Numbered from the stretch's first letter, positions 52,015-63,177 are shown. The stretch is DNA of 64,000 nt from Alphaproteobacteria bacterium (GCA_965237415.1 CBDEFM010000002.1:1440001-1504000); one strand, 5' to 3'. Program-made: numbers and translations. The notes: generated by a model not told the origin, from the letters alone.

Positions 52015-55000
52015 TCAACCGTCGCTTTCGCGATACCGCAGGTGGGGCGCGCGGTCGTCCTCGACCGACCTCTCGCCCGCCTCCGGCGCACGACCGAAGA
52101 GAGCAGCGATGTCGCCTTGGATGGCCAGCAGACACGGCACCAGGATCAGCACGATCGGCGTCACGCCGATCAGACCGAAGACGATGGTGACCGCCATTGG
52201 CTTCAGGAACTGCGCCTGAAGGCTGGTCTCGAAAAGCAACGGCGTAAGGCCGAAGACCGTGGTTACCGAGGTCAGGATGACGGCACGCAGACGATCCCGC
52301 GCGCCGCCGACAATGGCGTCCTGCAGCGGCTCGCCGGCCGAGAGCCGGTCCTGGATCGCCCGCACCAGAATGATCGAATCATTGACCACGATGCCTGAAA
52401 GCCCGAGGAGGGCGACCATACTGAGCACCGTGAGGTCGAATCCCAGGACGAAGTGCCCGCAGACGGCGCCGACCGCGCCGAAGGGGATCACGGCCATGAC
52501 GGCGACGGGCCTCCAGTAACTGGCGAACACCCAGGCCAGGATCAGATAGATCGCGATCAGGCCGACCATGGCGCCGGTCCTCATATCGCCGAGCGTCCTC
52601 GCTTGTTCCTCGGCCTTGCCGCGCAGCAGGACGCCGACGCCATACCGCTCGGCGACTTCCGGCAGACCCTCGATCTGAAGTGCGTCCATGATCTCGTCGG
52701 TGGTGGTGATCGATTCGTCGATCTCCGCCGTGATCGCGACCATGCGCTGGCCGTCCTCGCGGCGGATACGTGCAAAGCCGGCCTTCTCGTCGAAGCTGAC
52801 CACTTCGGCGAGCGGCACCTCGACCCCTGCGAGGCTTCGCACATAGCCGCGGCGGAGATCGGCTTCAGTGAGGGCGTCATGCGGCAGGCGCACGCGAATG
52901 GCGACCTCCTCGTCTCCCCGCGCAAAGCGCTTGGCGATGACCCCCTCGAAGGCGGCGCGGACCTGGCCGGCGGCGCTCTCGGTCGTAAAGCCGAGAGCGC
53001 GGCCGCGTGGGCTCACCGTGAGGATCGTCTCCCGCTTGCCGTAGGGCGTGTCGTCTTCGATATCGCTTACGCCTGGGAAGCGGCTGAGCAGCGTGAGGAC
53101 CTCGCCTGCCGCCCCCTTGAGTGCCCGCACATCGTCGCCCGTCACCCGGATGTCGATCTCGCGGCCGGGCGGTCCCGCTTGGCGCTCGAGGATCGTCATG
53201 GTCTCGAGGCCAGGCAGCGGGCGTACACGGCTGCGCCACGCCTCGATCAGCGCCGGGGTGCGAACGGCGCGCCGATCGGCGGGCCGCAGCTCCACCCGCA
53301 TGCCGCCGATATGATCGCCGGTACCGAGGAAGAATCCGTTGGGGCGAGCCGCAGGCTTGCCGACTTGACCGAGGCTCATGGCCACGAGACCGCCCGCGCC
53401 ACCGGTCAGCTCCGCCTCGGCCTCATTGAGCGCCCGTTCTAGCTCGCGAACCATGGCGATGGTCGTCTCGCGCTTGGTGCCTTCGACGAAGGCGACGTTC
53501 GCGAGCACCGCGTCCGATTCCGGCGAGGGGAAGAAGACGAACGAGATGCGCCCGCCCGCGATCAGGCCCACGAACACCAAGAGGAGCCCGATCGCGAGGC
53601 TCATGGTGAGGTATCGCCAGGTGACGCAGCCGCGCACGATTCGGGCAAACAGCCCGTCTCGGAACGCATCGAAGCGCGGGTTGAACCAGCGTGCGAACCG
53701 GTTCTCGACGCGCGGATCGCCTTTCAGCGCCACGCGCAGATGACCGGGCAAGATAAGGAAACACTCGATCAGGCTCGCGATGAGGACGCAGACGACCACC
53801 AGCGGAATCGCCCGGATGATCTGGCCGATCAGGCCCGACACCATGAATAGCGGCAAGAAGGCAGCGATCGTGGTCAGCGTCGCCGCCATCACGGGCGCCA
53901 GCATTCGGCGCGCGCCGCGTTCGGCCGCACCCACGGCGCCGGCGCCGGCTGTGCGGTGTGTCACCGCGTGTTCGCTGACCACGATCGCATCGTCCACGAT
54001 GATGCCGACCGCCATGATGAGCGCGAACAGGCTTACCATGTTGATGGACTGGCCGGTAAGCATCATCACGCCGAGGGTGGCGAGCAGCGAGACCGGGATC
54101 CCCACCGTGACCCAGAAGGCCACCCGTGCGCTGAGGAACACGAACAGGACGACGATAACCAGGGCGAGGCCGCTGGCGCCGTTACGGAGCAACATGTTGA
54201 TGCGGTCGTCGATAAGCTCCGCCGCATTGTCGTAGTGCTCGACCACCAGTGTCGGCGGCAGCGTTGGCTTAAGCTCGTCGATGAAGGTATCGAGAATGGC
54301 CGCCTGCTCCAGCGCGTCGGAGGTGGGCGCGCGCCGGACCTGCAGCTCGATGGCGGGGTAGCCGGCCCTGAACGCAACCGCATCCCGCTCGTTGAACCGA
54401 TCGCTGATCGCCGCGATGTCGCGGAGGTGGACCTTGGCCCCGTCCTGGCGCGCGATCACCTCGATCTGGCCGATCTCCTCGACCGTTCTCGCGAGACCGA
54501 AGCTGCGGATCTGCTTATTGGTGCCGGCAGGCACGATGCCGGACGGCAGATCGACCGAGCTCTTGCCGATACGCCCGGCGATATCGCCGAGCGTGAGGTC
54601 GAGCTGTCTCAGGTGCCCCTCGCCGACCTCGACCCAGATCTCTTCGCGTCGGCTCCCGAACAGATCGACCTTGTCGACACCTGCGGAAAGCAGCCGCTCC
54701 CGAATGTCCTTGGCATGAGCGCGGAGCGCCGCCTCGGAGAAGGGCCCCGAGATCACGACATTGCCGATGTTCTCGTAAGTGTAGATCCGGGTTACGACCG
54801 GCTTCTCGGAGTCCTCCGGCAGCGTCTCGACTCGGCCCACGGCATTCTCGACATTGGCCAGCGCCGTATCCAGATTCGTCCCGGGATGGAACTCGATGAT
54901 GATCGAGCCGACACCTTCGACCGACTGTGACACGACGCGCTTGACCCCGTCGAGGAAGCGCACTTCCGGCTCGATCGCCGCTACGACGTTGGCATCGACG

Positions 55001-55188
55001 TCCTCGGCGCTGGCGCCGGGCCACGTCACGCTCGCCGAGATCCAATCGATGCCGAAGGTAGGAAAGAACTGGGTGTTCATGCGCGCGAGCCCGAGCGCGC
55101 CGAACAGGATCATAAGTACCATCAGAAGGTTGGCGGCAGTGCGGTGACGCGCGAACAGCGCGATCAGGCCGCGACCGGCTGAGGTCAT
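52015..55188 (-). CDS. RND family efflux transporter permease
   Basis: 1057 aa; GIIVDDAIVV, GIVVNDSI, RLRAVILTS. Confidence 0.93.
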   Translation of the reverse strand: MTSAGRGLIALFARHRTAANLLMVLMILFGALGLARMNTQFFPTFGIDWISASVTWPGASAEDVDANVVAAIEPEVRFLDGVKRVVSQSVEGVGSIIIEFHPGTNLDTALANVENAVGRVETLPEDSEKPVVTRIYTYENIGNVVISGPFSEAALRAHAKDIRERLLSAGVDKVDLFGSRREEIWVEVGEGHLRQLDLTLGDIAGRIGKSSVDLPSGIVPAGTNKQIRSFGLARTVEEIGQIEVIARQDGAKVHLRDIAAISDRFNERDAVAFRAGYPAIELQVRRAPTSDALEQAAILDTFIDELKPTLPPTLVVEHYDNAAELIDDRINMLLRNGASGLALVIVVLFVFLSARVAFWVTVGIPVSLLATLGVMMLTGQSINMVSLFALIMAVGIIVDDAIVVSEHAVTHRTAGAGAVGAAERGARRMLAPVMAATLTTIAAFLPLFMVSGLIGQIIRAIPLVVVCVLIASLIECFLILPGHLRVALKGDPRVENRFARWFNPRFDAFRDGLFARIVRGCVTWRYLTMSLAIGLLLVFVGLIAGGRISFVFFPSPESDAVLANVAFVEGTKRETTIAMVRELERALNEAEAELTGGAGGLVAMSLGQVGKPAARPNGFFLGTGDHIGGMRVELRPADRRAVRTPALIEAWRSRVRPLPGLETMTILERQAGPPGREIDIRVTGDDVRALKGAAGEVLTLLSRFPGVSDIEDDTPYGKRETILTVSPRGRALGFTTESAAGQVRAAFEGVIAKRFARGDEEVAIRVRLPHDALTEADLRRGYVRSLAGVEVPLAEVVSFDEKAGFARIRREDGQRMVAITAEIDESITTTDEIMDALQIEGLPEVAERYGVGVLLRGKAEEQARTLGDMRTGAMVGLIAIYLILAWVFASYWRPVAVMAVIPFGAVGAVCGHFVLGFDLTVLSMVALLGLSGIVVNDSIILVRAIQDRLSAGEPLQDAIVGGARDRLRAVILTSVTTVFGLTPLLFETSLQAQFLKPMAVTIVFGLIGVTPIVLILVPCLLAIQGDIAALFGRAPEAGERSVEDDRAPHLRYRESDG

Positions 55189-56441
55189 CTAACCTGGACC
55201 CTGACACCGGGTCCGATCTCGGGGAAGCGGGTCGTCGCGATGCGCTCGCCGTCTGCGATTCCGCCCGACACCACTACGTCGTTGCCAACGCGGGCGAGCA
55301 GCACCACCGGGCGGGGCTCGAGCCGGCCGTCGACAACGGCGTACACCGTGTCGCCACCCACCAGCGCCGTCTCAGGCAGACGCGCAGCACCCCGGTACAC
55401 ACGGTCCGGGATGCGAACTTCGACGAAGGCACCGGGCCGAAGCGGCACCCGCGCCGCCTCCTGCTCGATTCGCGCAAAGACCCGCACCCCGCCGCTCGCC
55501 GCATCGACCACGCCATCCGCCCGCTGGATTACCGCGCGGAAGGGGAAGCTGCGGCTGCCCGCGCGCCACGTCACCTCGACCGGGCGGCCGCGAAGACCCG
55601 CCGCTGAGGAGACGAGACGACCATAATCCCCGTCGCTCAGTTGAATCCGGATGTCCAGACGCGCCAGATCCAACAGGCGCACGACACGGTCGTTCACACC
55701 CAACCGCTTGCCGAGCGCCGCAGACACACCCGTCAGGTAGCCATCGAAGGGCGCGACAAGCCGCGTGTTCGCAAGATCGTGCCGGGCCCGCTCCACCGCC
55801 ACCGCGCTCCGCGCGATCACCGCTTCCTGACGCGCGATACGCGCCCGCAAGCCCGCAACCCGACGTTCCGTCCCCGCCGCCGCCCGCGCACGCTCGCTGC
55901 GACGCACCAGAGCATCGTCCACTGCCTTCTGCGCCGCCGTCCCCTTGGCCAACAGGTCGCGGCGCCGCTCAAGCTCCCGCTCCGCAAGCTCAAGCTGCGT
56001 CCGCTCCTCGACCAGACCGGCCTCCTCCGCCCCAAGCTCGGTTCTGGTCTCCGCAAGCTGCGCCCGGGCCTCCGCCAGAGACGCCTCGGCCTCCGTCACC
56101 GCAGCGCGATACTCGAACGGATCGATCTCCACCAGAAGCTCGCCCGCCCGCACCGTGCCGCCGTTCACGAAGTTTTCGCCCGCCGCCACCACGGGGCCTG
56201 CCACCAGCGCCCGCAGCTCCACGTCGCGCTGCGCCACCACCTCGCCAAAGGCGGAAATGGAGGGCTGAACGTCGGCTATCTGCACGGTCGTTGCGGCAAT
56301 CGGCCGTGCCCGCTCCTGCGGCCCCTTGCGCTCGATCTCGGGCCTCGTCGCCTGCAGATAGCCGACCGCAAGCACCGCGCAAACCAGCGTCAGCAGCGGA
56401 AGCACGATCTTCAACGTCCGAAAATGCCGGCGGCCAGACAA
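55185..56441 (-). CDS. RND efflux periplasmic adaptor (membrane fusion protein)
   Basis: N-terminal TM, GELLVEIDP, coiled coil, LVAPFDG, LRPGAFV. Confidence 0.9.
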   Translation of the reverse strand: MSGRRHFRTLKIVLPLLTLVCAVLAVGYLQATRPEIERKGPQERARPIAATTVQIADVQPSISAFGEVVAQRDVELRALVAGPVVAAGENFVNGGTVRAGELLVEIDPFEYRAAVTEAEASLAEARAQLAETRTELGAEEAGLVEERTQLELAERELERRRDLLAKGTAAQKAVDDALVRRSERARAAAGTERRVAGLRARIARQEAVIARSAVAVERARHDLANTRLVAPFDGYLTGVSAALGKRLGVNDRVVRLLDLARLDIRIQLSDGDYGRLVSSAAGLRGRPVEVTWRAGSRSFPFRAVIQRADGVVDAASGGVRVFARIEQEAARVPLRPGAFVEVRIPDRVYRGAARLPETALVGGDTVYAVVDGRLEPRPVVLLARVGNDVVVSGGIADGERIATTRFPEIGPGVRVQVR

Positions 56442-56535
56442 CGGTGGCTTCTCCCTACTCCTCTACGCTTCCGCTCGTGATGGGCGGCCTTGTGCCACTG
56501 CCATCCCGCGGCGACAATCGCGGCCCGACGAACGA

Positions 56536-57717
56536 ATGGTGATGCGAATGTCCGGCACCCATTACGATTCCATCGAGATGATTGAGCGGCTCGTGTTCTT
56601 TGACACGACTAGTCGTGAGTCGAATCTCGCGCTCATTCATTTCGTGCGCGACTATCTCGCCTCTCACGGCATTGACTCTACACTTATTCATGACAAGACG
56701 GGAAACAAGGCGAATCTTTACGCGACGGTAGGGCCGGGCGACGTGCCCGGCATCGCGCTTTCGGGCCATACCGACGTGGTGCCGGTGGATGGCCAGCCCT
56801 GGGACACAGACCCGTTCAGCCTCGTGGAGAAGGACGGCCGCCTCTATGGGCGCGGCACTTCGGACATGAAGAGCTTCAGCGCGATTGCGCTCGCCCTCGT
56901 GCCGGAGTTCACCGCCCGCCCGCTCAAGACACCGATCCATTTCGCCCTCTCGTTCGACGAAGAGGTCGGCTGCCTCGGGGCGCCGCTGATGATCAACCAG
57001 CTTGGCACCACGCTGGGCGTCAAGCCGCACATTGTGATCGTGGGCGAGCCCACGAACATGGCGGTCGTGAACGCCCACAAGGGTGTCTACAGCTTCGAGA
57101 CCCGCGTGCGCGGCCGGGAAGTCCATTCCAGCGCCACCCATCTTGGGGTGAACGCGGTGCAGCACGCTGCGACGCTGGTCCACTTCCTGACCGAAATGGC
57201 CGACGAGATGGCTGGCCGGGCCGACCCTGAGAGCGGGTTCGACCCGCCCTATACGACGGTTCATGTGGGCACGATTCGGGGCGGCACCGCCCAGAATATC
57301 GTGCCGCTCGACTGCGCCTTCACGTGGGAATACCGGCTGATGCCGGGGGCGGACCCCGACGAGATTCGCACCCGCTTCGAGCAGTTTGCCGAAGAGACCG
57401 TTCTGCCCCGCATGCACGCGGTCGATCCCGGCACGGCGATTTCCACGCAGGTCCGCGCGCAAGTGCCGGGCCTCGTGCCCGAGGACGGCTCGCCGGCGGA
57501 AGCGATCGTGATGGCGCTCGCGCGCACCAACCATACCGAGGTGGTCGCCTACGGCACCGAGGCAGGGCAGTTCCAGGAAGTCGGGATCCCGACCGTGATC
57601 TGCGGGCCCGGCAGCATCCTCCAGGCGCACCAGCCCAACGAATACGTCGAGTTGAGCCAGGTGCGCGCCTGCGAGGCCTTCATGCGCCGCCTGCTCGACG
57701 AGGTGTGCGCGGCCTGA
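56536..57717 (+). CDS. argE: Acetylornithine deacetylase
   Basis: LSGHTDVVP, GRGTSDMK, FDEEVGC, GEPT, HSS, GTEAG, QAHQPNE. Confidence 0.9.
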   Translation: MVMRMSGTHYDSIEMIERLVFFDTTSRESNLALIHFVRDYLASHGIDSTLIHDKTGNKANLYATVGPGDVPGIALSGHTDVVPVDGQPWDTDPFSLVEKDGRLYGRGTSDMKSFSAIALALVPEFTARPLKTPIHFALSFDEEVGCLGAPLMINQLGTTLGVKPHIVIVGEPTNMAVVNAHKGVYSFETRVRGREVHSSATHLGVNAVQHAATLVHFLTEMADEMAGRADPESGFDPPYTTVHVGTIRGGTAQNIVPLDCAFTWEYRLMPGADPDEIRTRFEQFAEETVLPRMHAVDPGTAISTQVRAQVPGLVPEDGSPAEAIVMALARTNHTEVVAYGTEAGQFQEVGIPTVICGPGSILQAHQPNEYVELSQVRACEAFMRRLLDEVCAA

Positions 57718-57733
57718 TGGCACCGGCGGCGGA

Positions 57734-57809
57734 TTTTCCACAGGTTATCCTCAGGTTACCCGCAGCTTGTCCATAAAGTATCCACAACCTATCCACCGGT
57801 TTATCCACT
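57734..57809 (+). promoter_or_regulatory. Tandem array of seven DnaA-box-like 9-mers with 11-bp period
   Basis: ttttccaca, ttatcctca, ttacccgca, ttgtccata, gtatccaca, ctatccacc, ttatccact at 57734, 57745, 57756, 57767, 57778, 57789, 57801 versus consensus TTATCCACA. Confidence 0.7.
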
Positions 57810-57831
57810 CAAAGACGGAGGAACGCGAGGA

Positions 57832-59931
57832 ATGGGCGGCGCGAGCTTGGAGCGCGAGGGCGCGGTCGGCGTCATCACCATCGACAACCCGCCGGTAAAT
57901 GCGATGAGCCCTGGCGTGCCGGGCGCGATAGTCGAGCGGCTGGCGGAAGCCCAGGCCGACGATACGGTCGAGGCGGTGGTGCTGCGCGGCGCGGGCAAGG
58001 GCGCGCTTGCCGGCGCCGACATTCGCCAATTTGGCAAGCCGTGGCCCGAAGGCGAGCCGACGCTCCGCGACGTGATTCCGGCAATCGAGCAGTCCGCCAA
58101 GCCGGTGATTGCCGCGCTCGCCGGCTATTGCCTCGGCGGCGGGCTTGAGATGGCGCTCTCCTGCCACTACCGGGTCGCGAGCCGGAAGACCGAGGTGGGC
58201 CAGCCGGAGGTGGCGCTGGGCTTCCCGCCCGGCGCCGGCGGCACCCAGCGCCTGCCGCGGCTTGCGGGCGTGGAGACGGCGCTCGCGATGATCGTCGACG
58301 GCACCCCGATCGGCGCCGCAGAAGCAGCCGAGCACGGGATCCTCGATCGGGTGATCGACGGCGATCTGCTGGAAGGCGCGCTTGCCTTTGCGCAAGAACG
58401 GATCGCCGCCGGGCCGCCGCACCCGCTCGCGCGCGACCGCACGCCGGAGCTCAAGGATCCGGAAATCTTCGCGGCCACCCGCGAGCGTCTGGAGCGCCAA
58501 GCACGCGGCCAGAGGGCGCCGGTCGCGTGCCTCGAATGCGTCGAAATAGCGCTGACGCTCCCCTTCGATGATGGAATTCGCAAGGAGCGCGAAATCTTCG
58601 AGGAATGCATGGCCTCGCCGGAATCGACGGCGCTTCGCCACGTGTTCTTCGCGGAGCGCGCGGCGCGCAAGGTCCCCGGTATCGACAAGGAGACACCGGT
58701 GCGGCCCATCGAGAGCGCGGCCATCGTCGGTGCCGGCACCATGGGCAGGGGTATCGCCACCTGCTTCGCCAACGCCGGAATTCCGGTGCGCTTGATGGAC
58801 TCCGACTCCGAGGCCCTCGAACGCGCGCTCGCTGCGATCCGCAGCGATTACGAGCGGCGCGTGGCACGCGGCCGGATCGGCGCCGTCGACGCCGAGGCCC
58901 GCATCGGGCTGATCGAGCCCATCGAGACGATGGAGGGTGTCGCCGGGGCCGATCTCGTCATCGAGGCGGTGTTCGAGGAAATGCCGCTGAAGGAGGAGGT
59001 GTTTCGGACCCTCGATTCGGTCTGCGACGAGGGCGCGATCATCGCCTCCAACACCTCCTATCTCGATGTGAACCGCCTGGCCGATATCGTGCCCCGGCGC
59101 CGGGGCAACGTCCTCGGCATGCACTTCTTCAGCCCGGCCCAGGTGATGCGCCTCCTGGAGGTGGTGCGCACCGATTCCGCCACACCCGAGACGCTGGCCA
59201 CCGTGCTCGCGCTGGCCCGACGGCTCGGCAAGCTCGCGGTGGTGGCCGGCGTTTGCCACGGCTTCATCGGCAACCGCATGCTCGAGGGGTACACGCGGCA
59301 AGTGCGCTTCCTGCTGGAAGAGGGAGCGTCGCCGGTCGAGATCGACGCCGCGCTCACCGGGTTCGGGATGGCGATGGGGCCGTGTGCCGTCGCCGACCTC
59401 GCCGGCCTCGACGTGAGCTGGCGCAAGCGCAAGGCGGACGCCCATCTGCGCGATCCCTCCAGGCGCTATTCGGTGGTGGCGGACCGCCTGTGCGAACTGG
59501 GCCGCTTCGGCCAGAAGACCGGCGCGGGCTACTACCGCTACGAGCCCGGCAGCCGCACGCCGATCCCGGACCCCGAAGTCGACGCGCTGATCGCCGAGGT
59601 TGCGGCGGAGAGCGGCATCGACCGGCGCACCATCGGCGCAGACGAGATCGTCCAACGCCTCCTCTACGCGCTGGCGAACGAAGGCGCGCGCATCCTCGAC
59701 GAGGGCATTGCGCTCCGCGCGAGCGACATCGACCTCGTATGGATCAACGGATACGGCTTCCCCCGCTGGCGGGGCGGCGTCATGCACTGGGCCGATGCCG
59801 TCGGGCTCGACGCCATTCACACGACCGTCGCGCGCTTCGCCGAGAGCCAGGACTACTGGGAGCCCGCGCCGCTCTTGAGCCGGCTCGCGTCAGAGGGCAA
59901 GGGCTTCGCCGACGTCGACCGCGCGGCGTGA
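57832..59931 (+). CDS. Multifunctional enoyl-CoA hydratase / 3-hydroxyacyl-CoA dehydrogenase (FadB/FadJ/PimF-like)
   Basis: [53 protein letters not shown]. Confidence 0.93.
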   Translation: MGGASLEREGAVGVITIDNPPVNAMSPGVPGAIVERLAEAQADDTVEAVVLRGAGKGALAGADIRQFGKPWPEGEPTLRDVIPAIEQSAKPVIAALAGYCLGGGLEMALSCHYRVASRKTEVGQPEVALGFPPGAGGTQRLPRLAGVETALAMIVDGTPIGAAEAAEHGILDRVIDGDLLEGALAFAQERIAAGPPHPLARDRTPELKDPEIFAATRERLERQARGQRAPVACLECVEIALTLPFDDGIRKEREIFEECMASPESTALRHVFFAERAARKVPGIDKETPVRPIESAAIVGAGTMGRGIATCFANAGIPVRLMDSDSEALERALAAIRSDYERRVARGRIGAVDAEARIGLIEPIETMEGVAGADLVIEAVFEEMPLKEEVFRTLDSVCDEGAIIASNTSYLDVNRLADIVPRRRGNVLGMHFFSPAQVMRLLEVVRTDSATPETLATVLALARRLGKLAVVAGVCHGFIGNRMLEGYTRQVRFLLEEGASPVEIDAALTGFGMAMGPCAVADLAGLDVSWRKRKADAHLRDPSRRYSVVADRLCELGRFGQKTGAGYYRYEPGSRTPIPDPEVDALIAEVAAESGIDRRTIGADEIVQRLLYALANEGARILDEGIALRASDIDLVWINGYGFPRWRGGVMHWADAVGLDAIHTTVARFAESQDYWEPAPLLSRLASEGKGFADVDRAA

Positions 59932-61074
59932 CGGCCGCGGCACGCTTGCCGACTTGAGCTGACCGCAGGCCGCCTGGATGTCCCGGCCGCGCGGCGCCCT
60001 CACCGGCGCCGCGTAGCCGGCGCGGTTGACGATCGCGGCGAACCGCTCGATGGCTTCCGGCGACGAGCACTCGTAGGGCGCTCCCGGCCAGGCATTGAAC
60101 GGGATCAGATTGAGCTTGGCCGGGATGCCGGCGATCAGGCGGATCAGCGCGCGGGCATCCGCCTCCGAGTCGTTCACGCCCTTCAGCATCACGTATTCGA
60201 AGGTGATCCGGCGCGCGTTGCTGGCTCCGGGGTAGCGGCGGCAGGCGTCGAGCAGGGCCGCGATCGGGTACTTGCGGTTGATCGGGACCAGCTCGTCGCG
60301 CAAGTCGTCGCGAACCGCATGGAGCGAGACGGCGAGGCCGACGCCGAGCTCGGCGCCGCAGCGCTCGATGATCGGCACGACACCGGCGGTGGAGAGCGTG
60401 ATCCGCCGGCGCGAGAGCGCGATCCCCTCCGGGTCCATCACGATGCGGAGCGCCTTGGCGACGTTGTCGTAGTTGAAGAGCGGCTCCCCCATACCCATCA
60501 TCACGATGTTGGAGAGCATGCGCGGCCCGCGCGGCGACGGCCATTCGCCGTACGAATCGCGGGCCACCAGGAACTGGGCGACGATCTCGCCGGCATCCAG
60601 ATTGCGCACCATGCGCTGGGTGCCGGTGTGGCAAAAGGTGCAGGAAAGCGTGCAGCCCACCTGGGAGGAGATGCAGAGCGCGCCGCGATCCTCCTCCGGG
60701 ATGTAGACGGATTCCACCTCGCGGCCATCGGCGAAGCGCAGCAGCCACTTTCGCGTCCCGTCCGCCGAACGCTGCTCCGTCGCCGTCTCGGGGCGTGCCA
60801 GGGTATAGCGCTCGGCGAGCGCAGCGCGCAGCACGCCGGCGATGGTCGTCATCGTGCCGAATTCGACGGCGCCCCGGTGGTAAATCCAGTGCCAGAGCTG
60901 CTTGGCCCGCATCCGGATCCGCTCCGGCGGCACGCCGACGGCCTGCAGGCGCTCGGCAAGCTCGTCGCGCGTGAGCCCGATCAGGCTCTCGCGTTCGTCC
61001 TTTACGGAATTCGTCTCGCTTGCTGCGCCGGCGCCGGACCGGGAACCTGCGCCGGGAGCCCGGTCTACGGGCAC
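59890..61074 (-). CDS. rlmN: 23S rRNA m2A2503 methyltransferase RlmN (radical SAM)
   Basis: [30 protein letters not shown]; start approximate. Confidence 0.96.
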   Translation of the reverse strand: MPVDRAPGAGSRSGAGAASETNSVKDERESLIGLTRDELAERLQAVGVPPERIRMRAKQLWHWIYHRGAVEFGTMTTIAGVLRAALAERYTLARPETATEQRSADGTRKWLLRFADGREVESVYIPEEDRGALCISSQVGCTLSCTFCHTGTQRMVRNLDAGEIVAQFLVARDSYGEWPSPRGPRMLSNIVMMGMGEPLFNYDNVAKALRIVMDPEGIALSRRRITLSTAGVVPIIERCGAELGVGLAVSLHAVRDDLRDELVPINRKYPIAALLDACRRYPGASNARRITFEYVMLKGVNDSEADARALIRLIAGIPAKLNLIPFNAWPGAPYECSSPEAIERFAAIVNRAGYAAPVRAPRGRDIQAACGQLKSASVPRPSRRAVDVGEALAL

Positions 61075-61601
61075 GCCCTGACGATGGCGTCGTGAATCTT
61101 GGTAAAGCCGATGAGGGAGTACGAGTCCTCGGAATAGGTATTCTTGAGCGAGACCCCGCGCACCTTCAACTCGCGACCGCGAATCATGGCCTTGACGACG
61201 GTGGCGTCCGCCCCCTCGTCACTCACCCACGCGTGCTCCCCATGGGTCAGGTCGAAGCTGAAATTGCGCCCGTCGATGGTCACCTTCACGGGCTTCCCCT
61301 CGGGATAGGGGTATCCGGAGGTCACGCTCACCTCTTCGGTCGTCCTGCTGCCCCGGCGCCGGGTCACCATGATGTTGGGCGTGCCGCGCCGCTTGTAGTT
61401 GCCCGTGGATTTCGCGGGCTTCGCGTGCATGTAGCAGACCTTGCTACCGTCGCTCACGTAGCTGTGGGACCTCCAATTGGAGTTCTCGGCCAAGGGTTCA
61501 GGCTTGACCTGCGCGTCAGCGTCCTGCGGCCCCGCGAGGAGCGAGATACAAAGAAACGCAGGGACGAGGAGAGCCGGCGTCGCGGCTATGCGTCGAATCA
61601 T
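61065..61601 (-). CDS. Invasion associated locus B (IalB) family protein
   Basis: Signal peptide, KVCY, HAW, D.YSLIGFT..C; conserved position upstream of rlmN in Alphaproteobacteria. Confidence 0.8.
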   Translation of the reverse strand: MIRRIAATPALLVPAFLCISLLAGPQDADAQVKPEPLAENSNWRSHSYVSDGSKVCYMHAKPAKSTGNYKRRGTPNIMVTRRRGSRTTEEVSVTSGYPYPEGKPVKVTIDGRNFSFDLTHGEHAWVSDEGADATVVKAMIRGRELKVRGVSLKNTYSEDSYSLIGFTKIHDAIVRACP

Positions 61602-61795
61602 GGCCTCTCAGAACCTATGGGCGACGGCGGCGCAGCATAGCGAAAATGATACTCAGCCGCCAGTACCTCTCCCCATACAGTCGGGTCACGATTTTGACAA
61701 CGGCCGCCCGCCTGGACGCGACGCAGGCCGTGACGGCGGTGAGAATATCGGGCGAAGCGGTTTACGGCGCGCGCCGTGCAGGCCATATAGAGAGC

Positions 61796-62410
61796 ATGGC
61801 GATACTCAAGATCGCGCGCATGGGCCACCCCGTGCTGGGCCGCCCCGCATTGCCGGTCGCCGACCCGGCTGCGCCTGCGATCGCGCGTCTGATCGAGGAC
61901 ATGGTCGATACGCTGGTGGACGCGAACGGGGCCGGCCTGGCGGCGCCCCAGGTGCACGTGCCCCTGCGGCTCGTGCTCTTCCGCGTGCCGCCCGGCCGCG
62001 AGACGGCTCGGGAGGAGAGCAACGGCGCGGAGAGCGACGGCGCGGAGAGCGACGGCGGGGAGAGCGACGGCGGGGAGAGCGACCCGGCGGCGGCGCCCGC
62101 CCTCGAGTCGCCCACGGTCCTGATCAACCCCGAGATCGAGCCGATCGGCGAGAGCATGGTGGAGGACATGGAGGCCTGTCTCTCGCTCCCCGGTCTCGCC
62201 GGGATGGTTCCGCGCCACGACCACATTCGCTATCGCTGGACCGATACCGAAGGCCGGGCCCACGAATGCGAGGCATGGGGCTTCCACGCGCGCGTGGTCC
62301 AGCACGAATGCGATCACCTGGACGGCATCCTCTACCCGATGCGGATGACGGACCTCTCCACCCTCGCCTTCACGAGCGAGCTCGGCCGCTCGCAGGCGGC
62401 GGAGGACTGA
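61796..62410 (+). CDS. def: Peptide deformylase
   Basis: MAILKIARMGHPVL, GAGLAAPQV, EACLS, QHECDHLDG. Confidence 0.95.
   Translation: MAILKIARMGHPVLGRPALPVADPAAPAIARLIEDMVDTLVDANGAGLAAPQVHVPLRLVLFRVPPGRETAREESNGAESDGAESDGGESDGGESDPAAAPALESPTVLINPEIEPIGESMVEDMEACLSLPGLAGMVPRHDHIRYRWTDTEGRAHECEAWGFHARVVQHECDHLDGILYPMRMTDLSTLAFTSELGRSQAAED
62015..62083 (+). repeat. 15-bp in-frame tandem repeat (4.6 units) inside def
   Basis: gagagc(a/g)acggcg(c/g)g units encoding ESNGA-ESDGA-ESDGG-ESDGG-ESD. Confidence 0.9.
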
Positions 62411-62413
62411 GCC

Positions 62414-63103
62414 GTGTGGCGAGCGCTCCCGGCTGACGAGACCCGCGACCGGGTTCTGCTGGCAGCCCTGCCCCATGTGCCCTTCGACGGCTGGTCCGAG
62501 GTGGCGCTTACGGCGGCCGCCGTCGATCTCGACCTCGAGCCCGGGGAGGCGCGCCAGGCCTTCCCCGGCGGCCCGGTTGCGCTCGTCGCCTATCACGCGG
62601 CCTACGCCGACCGCTGCATGGAGGAGGCGCTGAAGGAGAGCGATCTGGCGGCGATGCGGGTGCGGGAGCGCATCGCCCGCGCCGTGCGTCTCAGGCTCGA
62701 ACAGAACGCGGCACACCGGGAGGCGATCCGCGCGGCGCTGCCGATCCTGGCGCAGCCGGCGAACGGCGGCCACGCGCTCTATTCCCTCTATCGTACCGTG
62801 GACACGATCTGGTTCGCGGTCGGCGACAAGTCGACCGATTTCGGCTTCTACACCAAGCGCGCTTTGCTCGCAGGCGTCTACCTCTCCACCCTGCTCTATT
62901 GGCTGAACGACGGCTCGGAGGGCGCGCAGGCGACCTGGGCCTTCCTCGACCGCCGCATCGCGGACGTCATGCGCATCCAGACGACGCAGGCGCGCTTCGC
63001 CCGCTTCCGCCCGCCCGGCATGGAGCTGCTGCGGCGCCTGCGAAAGGCCGCACGGGCCGCCGCGGACCCCATGCACGGCCGAGGCCCGCAGAGCCCGTCC
63101 TAG
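62414..63103 (+). CDS. COQ9 family (ubiquinone biosynthesis) protein
   Basis: HVPFDGWS, FPGG, RVRERI..AVRLRL, DTIW..GDKSTDF.FYTKR, TWAFLDRRIADVM. Confidence 0.9.
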   Translation: MWRALPADETRDRVLLAALPHVPFDGWSEVALTAAAVDLDLEPGEARQAFPGGPVALVAYHAAYADRCMEEALKESDLAAMRVRERIARAVRLRLEQNAAHREAIRAALPILAQPANGGHALYSLYRTVDTIWFAVGDKSTDFGFYTKRALLAGVYLSTLLYWLNDGSEGAQATWAFLDRRIADVMRIQTTQARFARFRPPGMELLRRLRKAARAAADPMHGRGPQSPS

Positions 63104-63177
63104 CATCCCGTTCCCTAAGCTCGTTTGCATGTTGTCGGGCCGGTGCGCGGTCTCTCCGACCGACCGCCCCCACACGC

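Noticed and set aside
57734-57809. Definitive oriC call
   Set aside because: There is no unwinding element, perfect box or origin-linked gene nearby; kept only as a DnaA-box-like array.
59890-59931. 42-bp 3' overlap of rlmN with the FadJ-like gene
   Set aside because: Short convergent overlaps are common in high-GC genomes.
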